Positions 36,965-47,952 of a stretch of 64,000 nucleotides of DNA are shown one piece after another (within the stretch, counting starts at the first letter, position 1; each line of letters begins with the position of its first letter). Source of the DNA: Candidatus Tayloriibacteriota bacterium (lineage in GTDB: Bacteria; Patescibacteriota; Minisyncoccia; Phycocordibacterales; PALSA-1337). Position numbers and translations under genes: made by a program. The DNA lies in assembly GCA_037130865.1 (NCBI GenBank), contig JBAXSG010000001.1, forward strand, positions 41,429-105,428. Direction: 5' to 3'. The notes under the pieces were generated by a model that had not been told where the DNA came from, made no database searches, and was given only the letters and a program-made list of their open reading frames with translations.

Positions 36965-38965
36965 ATGCTCAATGACGCTCAACAAAAAGCTGTGGAGACG
37001 ACCAATGGTCCTCTGCTTATTATCGCCGGAGCCGGATCGGGGAAGACTAAAGTCATAACACATCGTATTTTAGGCCTTATTAAGAAGGGTGTGGCGCCGC
37101 ATTCTATACTGGCCATAACTTTCACGAACAAAGCCGCAAATGAGATGAAAGATCGAGTCGGCGCACTCTTATCTGAAGATAAGTCTCTAAATAGGCCTAT
37201 TTCCATAAGCACGGATTGGCGCGAGAGGCCCTTTGTGAGCACATTTCACGCACTCGGTGTGCATATCATCCGCGAAAATGCGCAACTCCTCGGGCTAACA
37301 AGACATTTCACAATATATGATCGAGGAGATTCGAGGCGTGCAGTGAAAGAAGCTATGGCGCAGTGTTCTCTGGACCCGAAAGCACATGATCCTGGAACTA
37401 TTTTGAACATGATATCGCGCGCAAAGGGTGATGGTATGAACCGATTGGAGTATTTCGACCGCGCAAAAGGCTATATCGAAGAGATGGTCGCCAATATCTG
37501 GGAAAAATACGACGCCATATTGGCAAAAGAGAAGTCACTGGACTTCGATGATCTACTTTTGAAGACGGCCTTGTTGCTAGAAAAATATCCTGATGTGAAA
37601 AATCACTATGCGGAGATCTGGAAATACATCCATATCGATGAATATCAAGATACCAACCGCGTCCAGTACAAGATTGCGCGTGCGCTTGCAGAAAAAAGCA
37701 GAAATATTTGCGTGGTGGGCGATGTCGACCAGAATATTTACTCTTGGAGAGGTGCGACTATAGAAAATATTCTGAATTTCGAGAAAGATTATCCGGAAGC
37801 AACGGTTGTCACGCTGGAAAAGAACTATAGATCTACAAAAACGATCTTAGCGGCGGCAAATTCTGTGATTTTGAAGAATAGAATGCGACGAGACAAGACT
37901 TTATTCACCGACAATGAGCATGGCGAGAAGATTGCGCTCATTGTTTCATACAGTGAAACCGAAGAAGCTCGTGCTATCGCCGACAAATCGCGTGAACTTA
38001 TATCCGCTGGTACTTCACCTAGTGAGATTGCTGTCTTGTACCGTGCAAATTTCCAATCACGTGTGCTCGAAGATTCATTTATAAAAAAACAAATACCATA
38101 TCAGTTGCTCGGCGTGAAATTCTTCGAAAGAAAAGAGGTGAAAGATGTTATATCTTATGTTCGCGCAGCATTGAACCGAGATAGTTGGGGTGACATCGCG
38201 CGTATCATAAATATTCCGCCACGCGGAATAGGGAAGGTGACATTGGCGAAGATTTTGTCAGGGGCGCCGACCGAAGGTGCTGTACAAGCAAAGCTATCTG
38301 GATTCTGGAAACTGCTGGATGATATAAAAGCAGAAATAGCTGAAAAAGGCCCAAGTGAAGCCGTAAAATTCGTAATCCAAGAAACGGGAATTGAGCGTAT
38401 GTATCGCGAAGGAGTAGGGGATGACGAAGAACGTTTGCTCAACGTGCGCGAATTGGTAACCGTCGCGGCACAATATGATTCACTGAAAAGCGAAAAGCGC
38501 AAGACGCAAGGCGCAAGTGAGTCGCAAGACGAAAAATCCGACGAAAATTTAACGGAAAATCGCGCCATCGAGGCCTTCCTAGAAAATGCAGCACTCGCAA
38601 CTGATCAAGATGAACTGGAGAAAAAAGAAGACGCGGTGAAACTCATGACTGTGCACGCCGCCAAGGGTTTGGAATTTGAATATGTATTCATCGCGGGTCT
38701 TGAGCAGGATCTTTTTCCATTTAAACATATGAATGACGCCGAGATTGACCAAGCTGGTGAAGAAGAGGAGCGTCGTCTGTTCTATGTAGCTCTCACGCGT
38801 GCGAAAAAGAAACTTTTTTTGAGTAATGCCATCATCCGTACAGTCTATGGAGCACAAAGAGTGTGTGCGCCATCGGAATTCATTGCGGACATAGAGAAAA
38901 CTCTGATCGAAGAGTCTGTGCCAGAGAAACCAAGTGGTGCCAAGGCGATATTTATTGATTTTTAA
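36965..38965 (+). CDS. uvrD: ATP-dependent DNA helicase UvrD/PcrA family
   Basis: Motif I IIAGAGSGKTKVITHRI, motif II IHIDEYQDTN, motif V/VI ...MTVHAAKGLEFEYVFIAGL... and a C-terminal ...FYVALTRAKKKLFLS. Confidence 0.9.
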   Translation: MLNDAQQKAVETTNGPLLIIAGAGSGKTKVITHRILGLIKKGVAPHSILAITFTNKAANEMKDRVGALLSEDKSLNRPISISTDWRERPFVSTFHALGVHIIRENAQLLGLTRHFTIYDRGDSRRAVKEAMAQCSLDPKAHDPGTILNMISRAKGDGMNRLEYFDRAKGYIEEMVANIWEKYDAILAKEKSLDFDDLLLKTALLLEKYPDVKNHYAEIWKYIHIDEYQDTNRVQYKIARALAEKSRNICVVGDVDQNIYSWRGATIENILNFEKDYPEATVVTLEKNYRSTKTILAAANSVILKNRMRRDKTLFTDNEHGEKIALIVSYSETEEARAIADKSRELISAGTSPSEIAVLYRANFQSRVLEDSFIKKQIPYQLLGVKFFERKEVKDVISYVRAALNRDSWGDIARIINIPPRGIGKVTLAKILSGAPTEGAVQAKLSGFWKLLDDIKAEIAEKGPSEAVKFVIQETGIERMYREGVGDDEERLLNVRELVTVAAQYDSLKSEKRKTQGASESQDEKSDENLTENRAIEAFLENAALATDQDELEKKEDAVKLMTVHAAKGLEFEYVFIAGLEQDLFPFKHMNDAEIDQAGEEEERRLFYVALTRAKKKLFLSNAIIRTVYGAQRVCAPSEFIADIEKTLIEESVPEKPSGAKAIFIDF

Positions 38966-38971
38966 GAATTC

Positions 38972-39853
38972 GTGTATGATGTAGAAATGAGCCCTGAAAA
39001 ATCCCTAAAACCAAAAAAATCCCTCGGTCAACACTTTCTACATTCGCCGTCGGCGCTAAAAAAGATTGTTGAGGCCGCGAAGATAATGCCAGATGAAACC
39101 GTACTCGAAATAGGCCCGGGAACTGGTATTTTGACTGAAGCACTTCTCGCAACTGGCGCGCAAGTGGTGGCGATAGAGAAAGATGCACGCGCATACGAAG
39201 TTTTGTCACAAAAATTCTCAAAAGAGCTCGCTAGTAAACAGTTAAAACTGATTATCGGCGATATTTTGGAAGAAAATTTTGAAAAACTTGGTGCCGAAGA
39301 TATCAAAGAAGGGAAATATGCCCTCGTCGCGAATATTCCTTACTACATAACTGGCGCGATTCTAGAAAAATTCCTCGAACACACACCGAGACCGAACCGT
39401 ATGATCTTATTGGTGCAAAAAGAAGTGGCTGAACGCATCATCGCTCGTGATAAAAAAGAAAGCGTACTTTCTATATCTGTAAAAGCCTTTGGTACGCCAC
39501 ATATAGTGGCGATTGTACCGCGTGGAGCATTTGTACCAGCACCAAATGTAGACTCCGCAATACTGGAGATAACGGATATATCCGATGTGCGTTTCAACCC
39601 AAATATTGAAAAAATGGCTCTAAATAGCCAAAAAACGCTTGCAATACCTAGATTTTTCAAGATCGTCAAAGCTGGTTTCGCACACAAAAGAAAGTTTGCG
39701 CGCAGAAATCTAGAAAATTTGGCTGGAACAGAAGAATTCATAACTCGTGAAAAAATCGAGGAGATTTGGCAGAAAATAGGACTGGATGAAAAAATCAGGC
39801 CTGAAGATATGACTGTAAAAAACTGGTTAGAAATATTGACATTGAGTTGTTAA
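38972..39853 (+). CDS. rsmA: 16S rRNA (adenine1518/1519-N6)-dimethyltransferase
   Basis: KKSLGQHFLHSPSALKKIVEAA...VLEIGPGTGILTEALL...ANIPYYIT, KsgA/RsmA motifs. Confidence 0.9.
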   Translation: MYDVEMSPEKSLKPKKSLGQHFLHSPSALKKIVEAAKIMPDETVLEIGPGTGILTEALLATGAQVVAIEKDARAYEVLSQKFSKELASKQLKLIIGDILEENFEKLGAEDIKEGKYALVANIPYYITGAILEKFLEHTPRPNRMILLVQKEVAERIIARDKKESVLSISVKAFGTPHIVAIVPRGAFVPAPNVDSAILEITDISDVRFNPNIEKMALNSQKTLAIPRFFKIVKAGFAHKRKFARRNLENLAGTEEFITREKIEEIWQKIGLDEKIRPEDMTVKNWLEILTLSC

Positions 39854-39903
39854 CAGTTTGCTTAGTTAGACATCGCGCAATCTGCTATAATCTACAAGGT
39901 ATT

Positions 39904-40773
39904 ATGCCAATTATCCCAAAGAGCAGGCAGACTATTGTAGTATCTGTAATATGCCTTTTAATCGTGGTGGCTACTCTAGTCATCGTCTATGGTTTTCCTG
40001 GAAATAATCCAGCAAATAACGGTGTCGTAGCCGATGCAACCGCCTCTCTCGCTTCACAAAACATGTCCACGAGTACTGATTGGCAGAAATCCTTCTACGA
40101 GGTCTCTGGTACATCTACAAAACCATATGGTGCAGATCTTGCTGCCACCACAAACTCTGGATCATCTACGGAAATATTGACGAATACAGATATTTTGGGA
40201 AGGAATTTTCTCACAGTGTATTCACAGATGCATCAAGCTGGTATAGAAAGTGATTCGCAAACAGTAAGCACAGTCGCAAACAAGCTTGCATCAAACAGTC
40301 TGGCTGGTGTGGGTTCTCCAAATATATATTATGGCAATGACATAAAAATCGTGGCGGATTCTTCTGCTAATGCTGGTACATACGCAAAATCTCTAAGTGT
40401 TATCTTGTCTGGATCTATACCTTCTGAAAATGAAGCCGTCATCGCAGACAATGCTTTTCAGAAAAATGACATGACTATATTAAAAAAAATAGATCCTGTG
40501 ATAGCAGGGTATAATAAGACCATAAAATCTCTGTTGGCCACACCGGTCCCTCAGTCTGCCAGCCAGTATCATATCGATCTTGTAAATGGTTTCAGTATGC
40601 AAGTCTACAATGCGACCGCTTTGCGACATGTAGACAGTGACCCTGTTCTTAGTCTTGCAGCGATAGGTCAAGTGATTCCAGCACTTCAGCGTATCAGTAC
40701 GGCACTGGTGAATCTACAGAGATATTTCAATACAAGTGGTGTGACTTTCATAGCTCCTACACCTGGCCAATAA
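39904..40773 (+). CDS. hypothetical secreted / membrane-anchored protein
   Basis: N-terminal TM/signal (TIVVSVICLLIVVATLVIVYG), Ser/Thr-rich. No family recognised. Confidence 0.4.
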   Translation: MPIIPKSRQTIVVSVICLLIVVATLVIVYGFPGNNPANNGVVADATASLASQNMSTSTDWQKSFYEVSGTSTKPYGADLAATTNSGSSTEILTNTDILGRNFLTVYSQMHQAGIESDSQTVSTVANKLASNSLAGVGSPNIYYGNDIKIVADSSANAGTYAKSLSVILSGSIPSENEAVIADNAFQKNDMTILKKIDPVIAGYNKTIKSLLATPVPQSASQYHIDLVNGFSMQVYNATALRHVDSDPVLSLAAIGQVIPALQRISTALVNLQRYFNTSGVTFIAPTPGQ

Positions 40774-40792
40774 TTTTCAATAATTAAAATCT

Positions 40793-42424
40793 ATGAAAAT
40801 AAATGAATCATATAAAAAAATAGTCAGCATCATACTCTTAACAGCTATAGTGTTTTCTTATGTACAAGTGGTGGCGCCACAAAGAGCAAGTGCTGTTGCA
40901 GGAATAGCAGATGTAACCGTCGTCACTGTAGCCGCAAATACTAGCCCTACCGAGCTACAAAACACTGTAAACTCTTGGATGGAGCGCATAAAAAACTTCA
41001 TCTTGGACCGTCTAGCAACAGCTATAGCAAACGCTATCTTGAACCAGATGACCGCCAGTGTTATAAACTGGATAAATAATGGCTTCCAAGGTAGCCCTTC
41101 ATTTATGACAAACCCTGAAGATTTTTTCCTGGATGCTGCCGACCAAGTAACTGGTCAATTCATCGCTGAAACAGGTATTATGTCGCAACTATGTTCGCCG
41201 TTTAGTATAAATATCCGCGCAAACCTGGCTCTTGGTAGCGCACAATCTTCTCGTGGAAGTTACGCTTGTACTTTGAGAACAGTTGTAGCAAATGCAAAAA
41301 ATATCCCAAACAACATAACTCTAAATGGACAAAACATTCAAGGATTTATGGATGGAGATTTCCGACAAGGTGGTTGGGTTTCATTCAACTCAATAATGAT
41401 GGACCCACAAAACGATCCATTCTTCGCATATCATTCAGCTGTTGGTGATATAAGAGCAGCCGTTACCACAAAGAAAAATGCTATCAATCTAGATCTGTCT
41501 GCTGGTGCTGGTTTCATGTCATTTAAAGTGTGTGATCCTGTACCTGTTGGCGGAACATATATAGATGCCTCTGGTGCAAAAGCGGTAAACACTCCTGCTC
41601 CTGCAGATCTTGTTGGTCCTCCAGCTCCTCCTCCAAAAAATTGTCACACGGAAACACCTGGATCCGCTATTTCTAACAGCTTGACTAAGACTCTTGGTGT
41701 GCCGTTCGACAAGCTTACACTGGCAAACAATATAAACGCTATTATAGACGCCTTGGTCTCACAGATGGTCATGCAGGTGCTTGGTGGTGGTTTGCGTGCT
41801 ATGAGTAGTGGTAGTAGTGGTGGTCCTTCATACACTAGTCAGATATACGATACATCATTGAAAGACAATTCAAATTCCGCATACTCCGTATATGGCCAGA
41901 GTAGCGATCCAATATTGGGAATTGTTCAGGAATATAAATCAAACTACGATACAGCAGTCTCGTTGATGCAGGGCGGTCAGGCAAACTTGAATTCTGCAAA
42001 GGCCTGTCTTGCAGGAAAGTATAGTGGTTTGTCTTCGGTGATAAGCAATCCGAAAATGACCCAGCAAGATAAGGCCAAGTATCAGAACATTATGAGTGAT
42101 ATACAATCACGAATAAACTCTATAGACAGTAGCTTGCAAAACCAGGTAAGCGTGCTTCTAAGCACATTTGGCCGCGGCGCAGCAGATGGTTATGCCAAGC
42201 TTGCTCAAGCACAAAATGTAAACCAGGTGCTTATATCAAACAGTTACGATGGTACCGCCAGTGCTACTGCAGCCGCTTCCATATCAGCAGAGCTACAAGC
42301 AGGAAAGCTTGATACCTCGAGAACTGACCTGCAAAATGCTCAAAATACAGCAAGTAGTCTAAACTCTGGTGCGGATTCTTATAACCAATTCTGTAATAGT
42401 ATATCTGTGCCAGTCATACAATAA
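40793..42424 (+). CDS. hypothetical secreted protein, first gene of the type IV secretion-like cluster
   Basis: Signal peptide MKINESYKKIVSIILLTAIVFSYVQVVAPQRASA. 543 aa. Pro-rich linker PAPADLVGPPAPPP. Confidence 0.4.
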   Translation: MKINESYKKIVSIILLTAIVFSYVQVVAPQRASAVAGIADVTVVTVAANTSPTELQNTVNSWMERIKNFILDRLATAIANAILNQMTASVINWINNGFQGSPSFMTNPEDFFLDAADQVTGQFIAETGIMSQLCSPFSINIRANLALGSAQSSRGSYACTLRTVVANAKNIPNNITLNGQNIQGFMDGDFRQGGWVSFNSIMMDPQNDPFFAYHSAVGDIRAAVTTKKNAINLDLSAGAGFMSFKVCDPVPVGGTYIDASGAKAVNTPAPADLVGPPAPPPKNCHTETPGSAISNSLTKTLGVPFDKLTLANNINAIIDALVSQMVMQVLGGGLRAMSSGSSGGPSYTSQIYDTSLKDNSNSAYSVYGQSSDPILGIVQEYKSNYDTAVSLMQGGQANLNSAKACLAGKYSGLSSVISNPKMTQQDKAKYQNIMSDIQSRINSIDSSLQNQVSVLLSTFGRGAADGYAKLAQAQNVNQVLISNSYDGTASATAAASISAELQAGKLDTSRTDLQNAQNTASSLNSGADSYNQFCNSISVPVIQ

Positions 42425-42426
42425 AA

Positions 42427-44301
42427 ATGTTCAATAAACACAAGTACAAATTCATAAGTCTGGCGCTACTAGTTGTACTGGCTGGTGTTGCTTTGCCGAT
42501 ACATTTTGCGCATGCAGGTTTATCTGATCTGCTTGGAATAGGAAATATTCCATCTGCGGTTATATTGTTTGTTATATCTGTAGGTATGACTGTAGTGTTC
42601 CATGTGGTTGGATTCTTACTGACTATGGCTGGTGGTTTATTGAACATATCCATAAATCTTACTCTCCATATAAAAGACTTCGTACAAAATACAGCCGGTG
42701 TCTACCTTGTATGGCAGACCATACGAGATGTATCTGGAATGCTTATAATATTCCTACTTCTCTATACATCTTTCCGAACAATTCTTGGTATCGATCAGGG
42801 TATAAATAAGCTGATAAAAGATATTATCATCGCTGGTATACTCATAAACTTCAGCTTCTTCTTGGTTGGTGTAATGATAGATGCTTCAAACATGATCTCT
42901 TTGTCTGTATTCAATGCTATAGCTCCAGCACAGGGAACTACTTGTAATGTTGGTTCTGGTAATTTTTCCAGCTGTTCCGTATCTAGTATGTTGGACTCAT
43001 CGACATACGACGGAGGATTATCTTCTATAATAATGCAAAATTTGAAGATTACTGGACTATTTTCTGCAAAATGGATGAGTCTAGATGTGGTAAATATGAG
43101 CGCAACCCAATTTAAGATATTGTTCATACAGATAATCGGTATCTTAGTGATGGGTGGTCTGGCAATAAGTTTTATTGTAGCTGCAATCGCTTTTGTAGTA
43201 AGGCTCGTAATGCTTATATTTATATTGGCCTTCTCACCAGTCTGGTTTGCCTCGTGGATATTCCCTGACATGAAACCGCTGTCCGACAAATTCTCTAGTG
43301 CTTTGAAGGGTCAACTCGTCTTCATGCCAGTCTATCTGTTCTTGTTATATGCGGCCATAAAGATATTAGAGACAATGAAGCTCGGTTCGTCTGCAACTTC
43401 AATAGATACCTCTTCAGCCGCGGTTGCTGCAAAAGGAGCTTTGTCTCTACTCATAAACTCTACTTTCGTCATCGCTATGATCAACCTACCACTCATGGGT
43501 GCAATAAGTGTGGCTGGATTGACAAATAGCTGGTTCGACAAGATGACAAGTTCGATAAAAAATAAGACAACAAGTTTTATTGGAAGAAATACTCTTGGTA
43601 GGGCAGCAGCGAAGTTTGAGAATTCTAAATTTATGCGTGACCAATATAACAATGGAAATCCATTGGTTAGCCGCGCACTCTCTTTGGGTCTTTCTAAGAC
43701 AAGAACAGCTGGATTTGGTGGAGGAAAAGGTTCTGGTTTCGATGATGTAAGGAAGAAAAAGGTAGAGGCTTATACGAAGATAGCACAAAAGGGTGATCTC
43801 AACGATGAAGAAAAAGATGCAATAAAGAAAAATACAGAAAACAGCGCGGATTACAAAGAAAACCAAGCTAAAATAGCTGCACTGAAGAGTGGTCGAGTAC
43901 AAGAATTGCAGGACAAGAAGAAGGTTTTGAGGGAGGAGATGGAAATTCTTGCAAAAAGCTTAGGTTCGACAAAAGCAGGATCTGCTGAACAGAAAAACAT
44001 AGCAACAAAGATAGAAGCAAACAAAGAGCAGTCGAAAAATGTAAGAGAGGAGTTATCAGAACATACAGATGCGATAAAATCTCATGAGGAGGCAAATACT
44101 ACACTTGTAAAGAAGGCGCAAGATGAAAGAAAATCAGCACTCGTAATGAAGTGGAAGGCTAAGGGTGGTGTATACAAGGAAGCTGCCAAAAAATACGGGA
44201 AAGATGAGACGACTGCAGATAAAATCAATAAAGCCTTGCGAGAAGAGGCACAAAAGATAGCAGCATCTACTCCTCCTACTACTCCACCAGCGGCATCTTG
44301 A
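42427..44301 (+). CDS. VirB6/TrbL-like polytopic membrane protein with a charged coiled-coil tail
   Basis: At least seven predicted TM helices in the first 400 aa, then a Lys/Glu-rich coiled-coil C-terminus. Its position is adjacent to the VirB4-like ATPase. Confidence 0.5.
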   Translation: MFNKHKYKFISLALLVVLAGVALPIHFAHAGLSDLLGIGNIPSAVILFVISVGMTVVFHVVGFLLTMAGGLLNISINLTLHIKDFVQNTAGVYLVWQTIRDVSGMLIIFLLLYTSFRTILGIDQGINKLIKDIIIAGILINFSFFLVGVMIDASNMISLSVFNAIAPAQGTTCNVGSGNFSSCSVSSMLDSSTYDGGLSSIIMQNLKITGLFSAKWMSLDVVNMSATQFKILFIQIIGILVMGGLAISFIVAAIAFVVRLVMLIFILAFSPVWFASWIFPDMKPLSDKFSSALKGQLVFMPVYLFLLYAAIKILETMKLGSSATSIDTSSAAVAAKGALSLLINSTFVIAMINLPLMGAISVAGLTNSWFDKMTSSIKNKTTSFIGRNTLGRAAAKFENSKFMRDQYNNGNPLVSRALSLGLSKTRTAGFGGGKGSGFDDVRKKKVEAYTKIAQKGDLNDEEKDAIKKNTENSADYKENQAKIAALKSGRVQELQDKKKVLREEMEILAKSLGSTKAGSAEQKNIATKIEANKEQSKNVREELSEHTDAIKSHEEANTTLVKKAQDERKSALVMKWKAKGGVYKEAAKKYGKDETTADKINKALREEAQKIAASTPPTTPPAAS

Positions 44302-44319
44302 GATAAAAAATAGTGGCAA

Positions 44320-44982
44320 ATGAACTTACAAAAAGACACCAACATGAATACTGACCAACACCCAATACAACTGATAAAAGAGCGTTTTGCTGAACTTCCA
44401 CCAGAAGTGCAAGCCGCTGTCACTGCATCTGACTTGAAAGATAAGATGCGTGCGATTGGTGATAAATACAACCTCCTTCTAGACAAACAGAGTGATCTCC
44501 AGAGGTTAATCTTGATAGTTATGTTGGGACTTATGTCATCGAGTGAATTCGTGCCATCTCTTATGGAAGAATTGAAGATAAGCCGCACTGAAGCAAATTT
44601 GATAGCCAATGATGTCAGTGAACAGATATTTGCCCCTATCCGTACACATTTGAGAGAATGGGAAGAGCAAACAGAAACAGATCTCGAGCGCCTTGGAGAC
44701 TTCACTATAGACCATACCCAGACGGCGGGGAATGAGTCTCTATCTACAGAAGACAATGCTGGCAACGGTATGCTTGTGGAAAGACGACCTACAATTCTAG
44801 ATAGTATAGAGAACCCTCAACCAGCCAAGAGGACATTTGTCACAAAAACATCAGAAACACGTACAGAGCCACTCACTGACCATCTCTTGAGCACTCCTGT
44901 CACAGTTCCACCACAAAGGATTGTACAGCCAAGCACACAGACCCAGAAGTCAGCAGACCCCTACAAGGAATCAATCGCTTAG
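44320..44982 (+). CDS. hypothetical acidic protein
   Basis: 220 aa with no motifs, inside the T4SS-like cluster. Confidence 0.35.
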   Translation: MNLQKDTNMNTDQHPIQLIKERFAELPPEVQAAVTASDLKDKMRAIGDKYNLLLDKQSDLQRLILIVMLGLMSSSEFVPSLMEELKISRTEANLIANDVSEQIFAPIRTHLREWEEQTETDLERLGDFTIDHTQTAGNESLSTEDNAGNGMLVERRPTILDSIENPQPAKRTFVTKTSETRTEPLTDHLLSTPVTVPPQRIVQPSTQTQKSADPYKESIA

Positions 44983-44994
44983 TGTGATATAATT

Positions 44995-45447
44995 GTGACA
45001 ATGCGCTTTCAAGTTCCTCAATTTATCGAGATTGAAGATAAGATATTTGGCCCATTGACGCTGAAGCAGTTTATTTATTTGGCTGGTGGTGGTGGGTTGT
45101 CTTTCATGGTGTACATATTCCTTAACAACCTTTTCTTGTCTGCGTTACCGATCTTGATCATAGTGGGTATATCTGGATTGTTGGCATTCTTCAAGATAAA
45201 CAATAAACCCCTAATAAACGTTATCGAATCTGCTTACAAATATTATGTCGGCGACAAGCTCTATATCTGGAAGAAGGTGGCCAATCCACAACCAACAATA
45301 GAGCCGGCGACTACCAATGATATGAAAAATTATGCCTCCATCATGGTCCCAAAGATGTCAAATAGTAAATTGAAGGATCTAACCTGGAGTTTGGATGTGC
45401 AAGATAGTAGATATGCAAATAAAAACTCAAAGAGTAACAACCGCTAA
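44995..45447 (+). CDS. small two-TM membrane protein (VirB3/PrgI-like position)
   Basis: 150 aa. Hydrophobic segments LAGGGGLSFMVYIFLNNLFLSALPILIIVGISGLLAFF. It is located two genes upstream of the VirB4-like gene. Confidence 0.35.
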   Translation: MTMRFQVPQFIEIEDKIFGPLTLKQFIYLAGGGGLSFMVYIFLNNLFLSALPILIIVGISGLLAFFKINNKPLINVIESAYKYYVGDKLYIWKKVANPQPTIEPATTNDMKNYASIMVPKMSNSKLKDLTWSLDVQDSRYANKNSKSNNR

Positions 45448-45456
45448 AAAAATATC

Positions 45457-46104
45457 ATGGCACAAAGCACAAAAACAACTCAAGATTTTATACCAATACA
45501 AGAAATACGCGACGGTATAATCATACTGAAGGGCGGTGGTATGCGCTCAGTTATATTGGCGTCATCTCTGAACTTTGCTTTGAAGTCTGGAGATGAGCAG
45601 GCGTCAATCTTGATGCAATTCCAAAACTTTTTGAACTCTCTGGATTTCTCTGTGCAGATTTTCATTCAGTCAAAAAAGCTTGATATAAGGCCATATTTGG
45701 CTCTTCTGGAAGATCGTTACAAAGAACAAAATACGGATCTTATGAAGATCCAAGTTCAAGAATATATCGGATTCATAAAAGCTTTCGTGGAGAGTACAGA
45801 TATTATGACAAAAAGCTTCTTTATTGTTGTTCCTTATGATCCACCAATGCTAACTGCCAACAATAACCCGATCACAAATCTTTTTGGCGGTAAAAATTCC
45901 ACCGGTAATACCTCAGCTTCTGCTGAAAAACAAAAAAGTTTCAGTGAATATAGGAGTCAGTTGGAACAGCGTTCAGCTGTGGTAGAACAAGGTCTGGTTC
46001 GTTGTGGTGTGCGCGCAGCAGAGCTTGGAACAGAGGAGATCGTCGAGCTCTTCTACAAACTCTTCAATCCAGGCGAAACAGAAAAGCCGATACAGATAAC
46101 ATAA
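45457..46104 (+). CDS. hypothetical T4SS-associated protein
   Basis: 215 aa (...DFIPIQEIRDGIIILKGGGMRSVILASSLNFALKSGDEQ...). It resembles N-terminal regions seen in Gram-positive conjugative ATPase partners, but this is not certain. Confidence 0.35.
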   Translation: MAQSTKTTQDFIPIQEIRDGIIILKGGGMRSVILASSLNFALKSGDEQASILMQFQNFLNSLDFSVQIFIQSKKLDIRPYLALLEDRYKEQNTDLMKIQVQEYIGFIKAFVESTDIMTKSFFIVVPYDPPMLTANNNPITNLFGGKNSTGNTSASAEKQKSFSEYRSQLEQRSAVVEQGLVRCGVRAAELGTEEIVELFYKLFNPGETEKPIQIT

Positions 46105-46116
46105 AATATTAAAATC

Positions 46117-47931
46117 ATGTCATTCCTAGGAAAAATCTTCAATAAAAAAGAACAATCACCGATTGTTTCTATACTGCCACAAGAAATATATCAGGCTGGA
46201 GTCTTGGAATTGCGTGATGTTATAGCACCATCAGCTCTGAAGGTCACTCCAAAAGAATTAAATCTTGGCGAAAAGGTTGCACGTACACTCTTCGTCATTT
46301 CATATCCACGCTTCTTGGAAGAGAGTTGGTTTGCACCGATCATCAACCTCGACAAAGTCTTCAATGTCTCCATATTTATTCATCCTGTGGATACTGCAAA
46401 GATTTTGCGACATTTCCAAAAGAAGGTGGCTGAAGTACAGAGCCAGATATCTAGAAGGGAGGACAAGGGTCTTGTGCGCGACCCTTCACTAGATACCGCT
46501 TACCAAGACCTAGAAACACTGCGTGACCAGCTTATGCAGGCTCAAGAGCACCTCTTCGATGTGGGTATATATATCACCATATTTGCTGATAGTGATAGTG
46601 AGTTGGACAAGCTCGAATCCGAGATCAAATCCATGTTGGAGTCCAAGCTTATATATGTGAAGCCAGCATTGTTCCAGCAAGAACAGGGCTTTAAGAGCGT
46701 TATACCTATAGCCGATGACCAACTTTCTGTGCATTCCAAACTCAACTCTTCACCACTTTCGAGTATATTCCCATTCGTTTCATTTGATCTGACGGAAAAC
46801 AAGGGTATCCTTTATGGTATAAATCGTCACAATTCTTCTCTAGTCTTGTTTGATAGATTCTCTCTAGAAAACTATAACTCTGTGACCTTCGCTGTCGCTG
46901 GTGCTGGTAAATCTTACTGCACAAAGCTGGAAATCTTACGCACACTCATGTTCGATACCGATGTCCTTGTTATTGACCCTGAAAAAGAATATGAATACAT
47001 GGCTGAAGCTACTGGTGGAAAATATTTCAATATCTCATTGAACTCTGAACACCATATAAATCCATTTGATTTGCCAGTACCAGCAGAAGATGAATCAACT
47101 TCAGATGTCTTGCGTTCAAATATCATAAACTTGGTCGGTCTTTTCCGTATAATGTTCGGCGGTTTGTCACAAGAAGAAGATGCCATCATAGATCGTGCCA
47201 TCACTGAGACTTATGCTTTGAAAGATATAACAGCAGACTCTGATTTCCGTAATGTTGAGCCACCTCTTCTCTCTGATTTCGAGCTAGTCCTCGCTGGGAT
47301 GGAAGGTGCAGAGTCTCTAGTAGAGCGTCTGACGAAATATACGAAGGGAACATGGGCTGGTTTCATCAACAGACCATCCAATGTCGACATAAATAACAAA
47401 TTTGCTGTCTTTTCACTCCGTGATATGGAAGATGAGCTCAAACCGGTGGCTATGTATATAGTTACACACTATATATGGAACATGGTCCGCAGAACGAAGA
47501 AGAAGCGTCTTCTTGTGGTCGATGAAGCTTGGTGGATGATGAAATCCGAAGATACGGCCTCATTCTTGTTCGGAATAGCAAAGAGATGTCGCAAATACTG
47601 GCTTGGTTTGGCCACAATAACGCAAGATGTGGATGATTTCTTGAAATCTCCTTATGGTCTACCGATCCTAACAAACTCTTCTATACAGGTTTTGCTAAAA
47701 CAATCGCCGACAATAATAGATCATATCCAAGAGACATTCCATCTAACAGATGAAGAAAAGTATTTGCTTCTAGAGTCCGATGTTGGAGAAGGTATCTTCT
47801 TCGTTGGTCTCAAACATGTGGCCTTAAAAGTGGTCGCTTCGTACACAGAAGACCAGATCATCACCACAAATCCAGAACAGGTCCAACAAATCCAGCGTGC
47901 AAAGAAGGAGCTAGAGGCGGCAGGGCAGTAG
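46117..47931 (+). CDS. virB4: VirB4/TrbE-family conjugation/secretion ATPase
   Basis: 604 aa. N-terminal ...LGEKVARTLFVISYPRFLEESWFAPIINLD..., Walker A FAVAGAGKSYCTK and Walker B RLLVVDEAWWMM. Confidence 0.8.
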   Translation: MSFLGKIFNKKEQSPIVSILPQEIYQAGVLELRDVIAPSALKVTPKELNLGEKVARTLFVISYPRFLEESWFAPIINLDKVFNVSIFIHPVDTAKILRHFQKKVAEVQSQISRREDKGLVRDPSLDTAYQDLETLRDQLMQAQEHLFDVGIYITIFADSDSELDKLESEIKSMLESKLIYVKPALFQQEQGFKSVIPIADDQLSVHSKLNSSPLSSIFPFVSFDLTENKGILYGINRHNSSLVLFDRFSLENYNSVTFAVAGAGKSYCTKLEILRTLMFDTDVLVIDPEKEYEYMAEATGGKYFNISLNSEHHINPFDLPVPAEDESTSDVLRSNIINLVGLFRIMFGGLSQEEDAIIDRAITETYALKDITADSDFRNVEPPLLSDFELVLAGMEGAESLVERLTKYTKGTWAGFINRPSNVDINNKFAVFSLRDMEDELKPVAMYIVTHYIWNMVRRTKKKRLLVVDEAWWMMKSEDTASFLFGIAKRCRKYWLGLATITQDVDDFLKSPYGLPILTNSSIQVLLKQSPTIIDHIQETFHLTDEEKYLLLESDVGEGIFFVGLKHVALKVVASYTEDQIITTNPEQVQQIQRAKKELEAAGQ

Positions 47932-47952
47932 AGGTGGTATAATTCGTTTATT

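Noticed and set aside
45457-46104. Interpreting ORF 45457-46104 as the detached N-terminal half of VirB4
   Set aside because: The 604-aa downstream ORF already contains its own VirB4-type N-terminal region (ARTLFVISYPRFL) plus the Walker motifs, so it is complete. The 215-aa ORF is kept as a separate T4SS-associated unknown.
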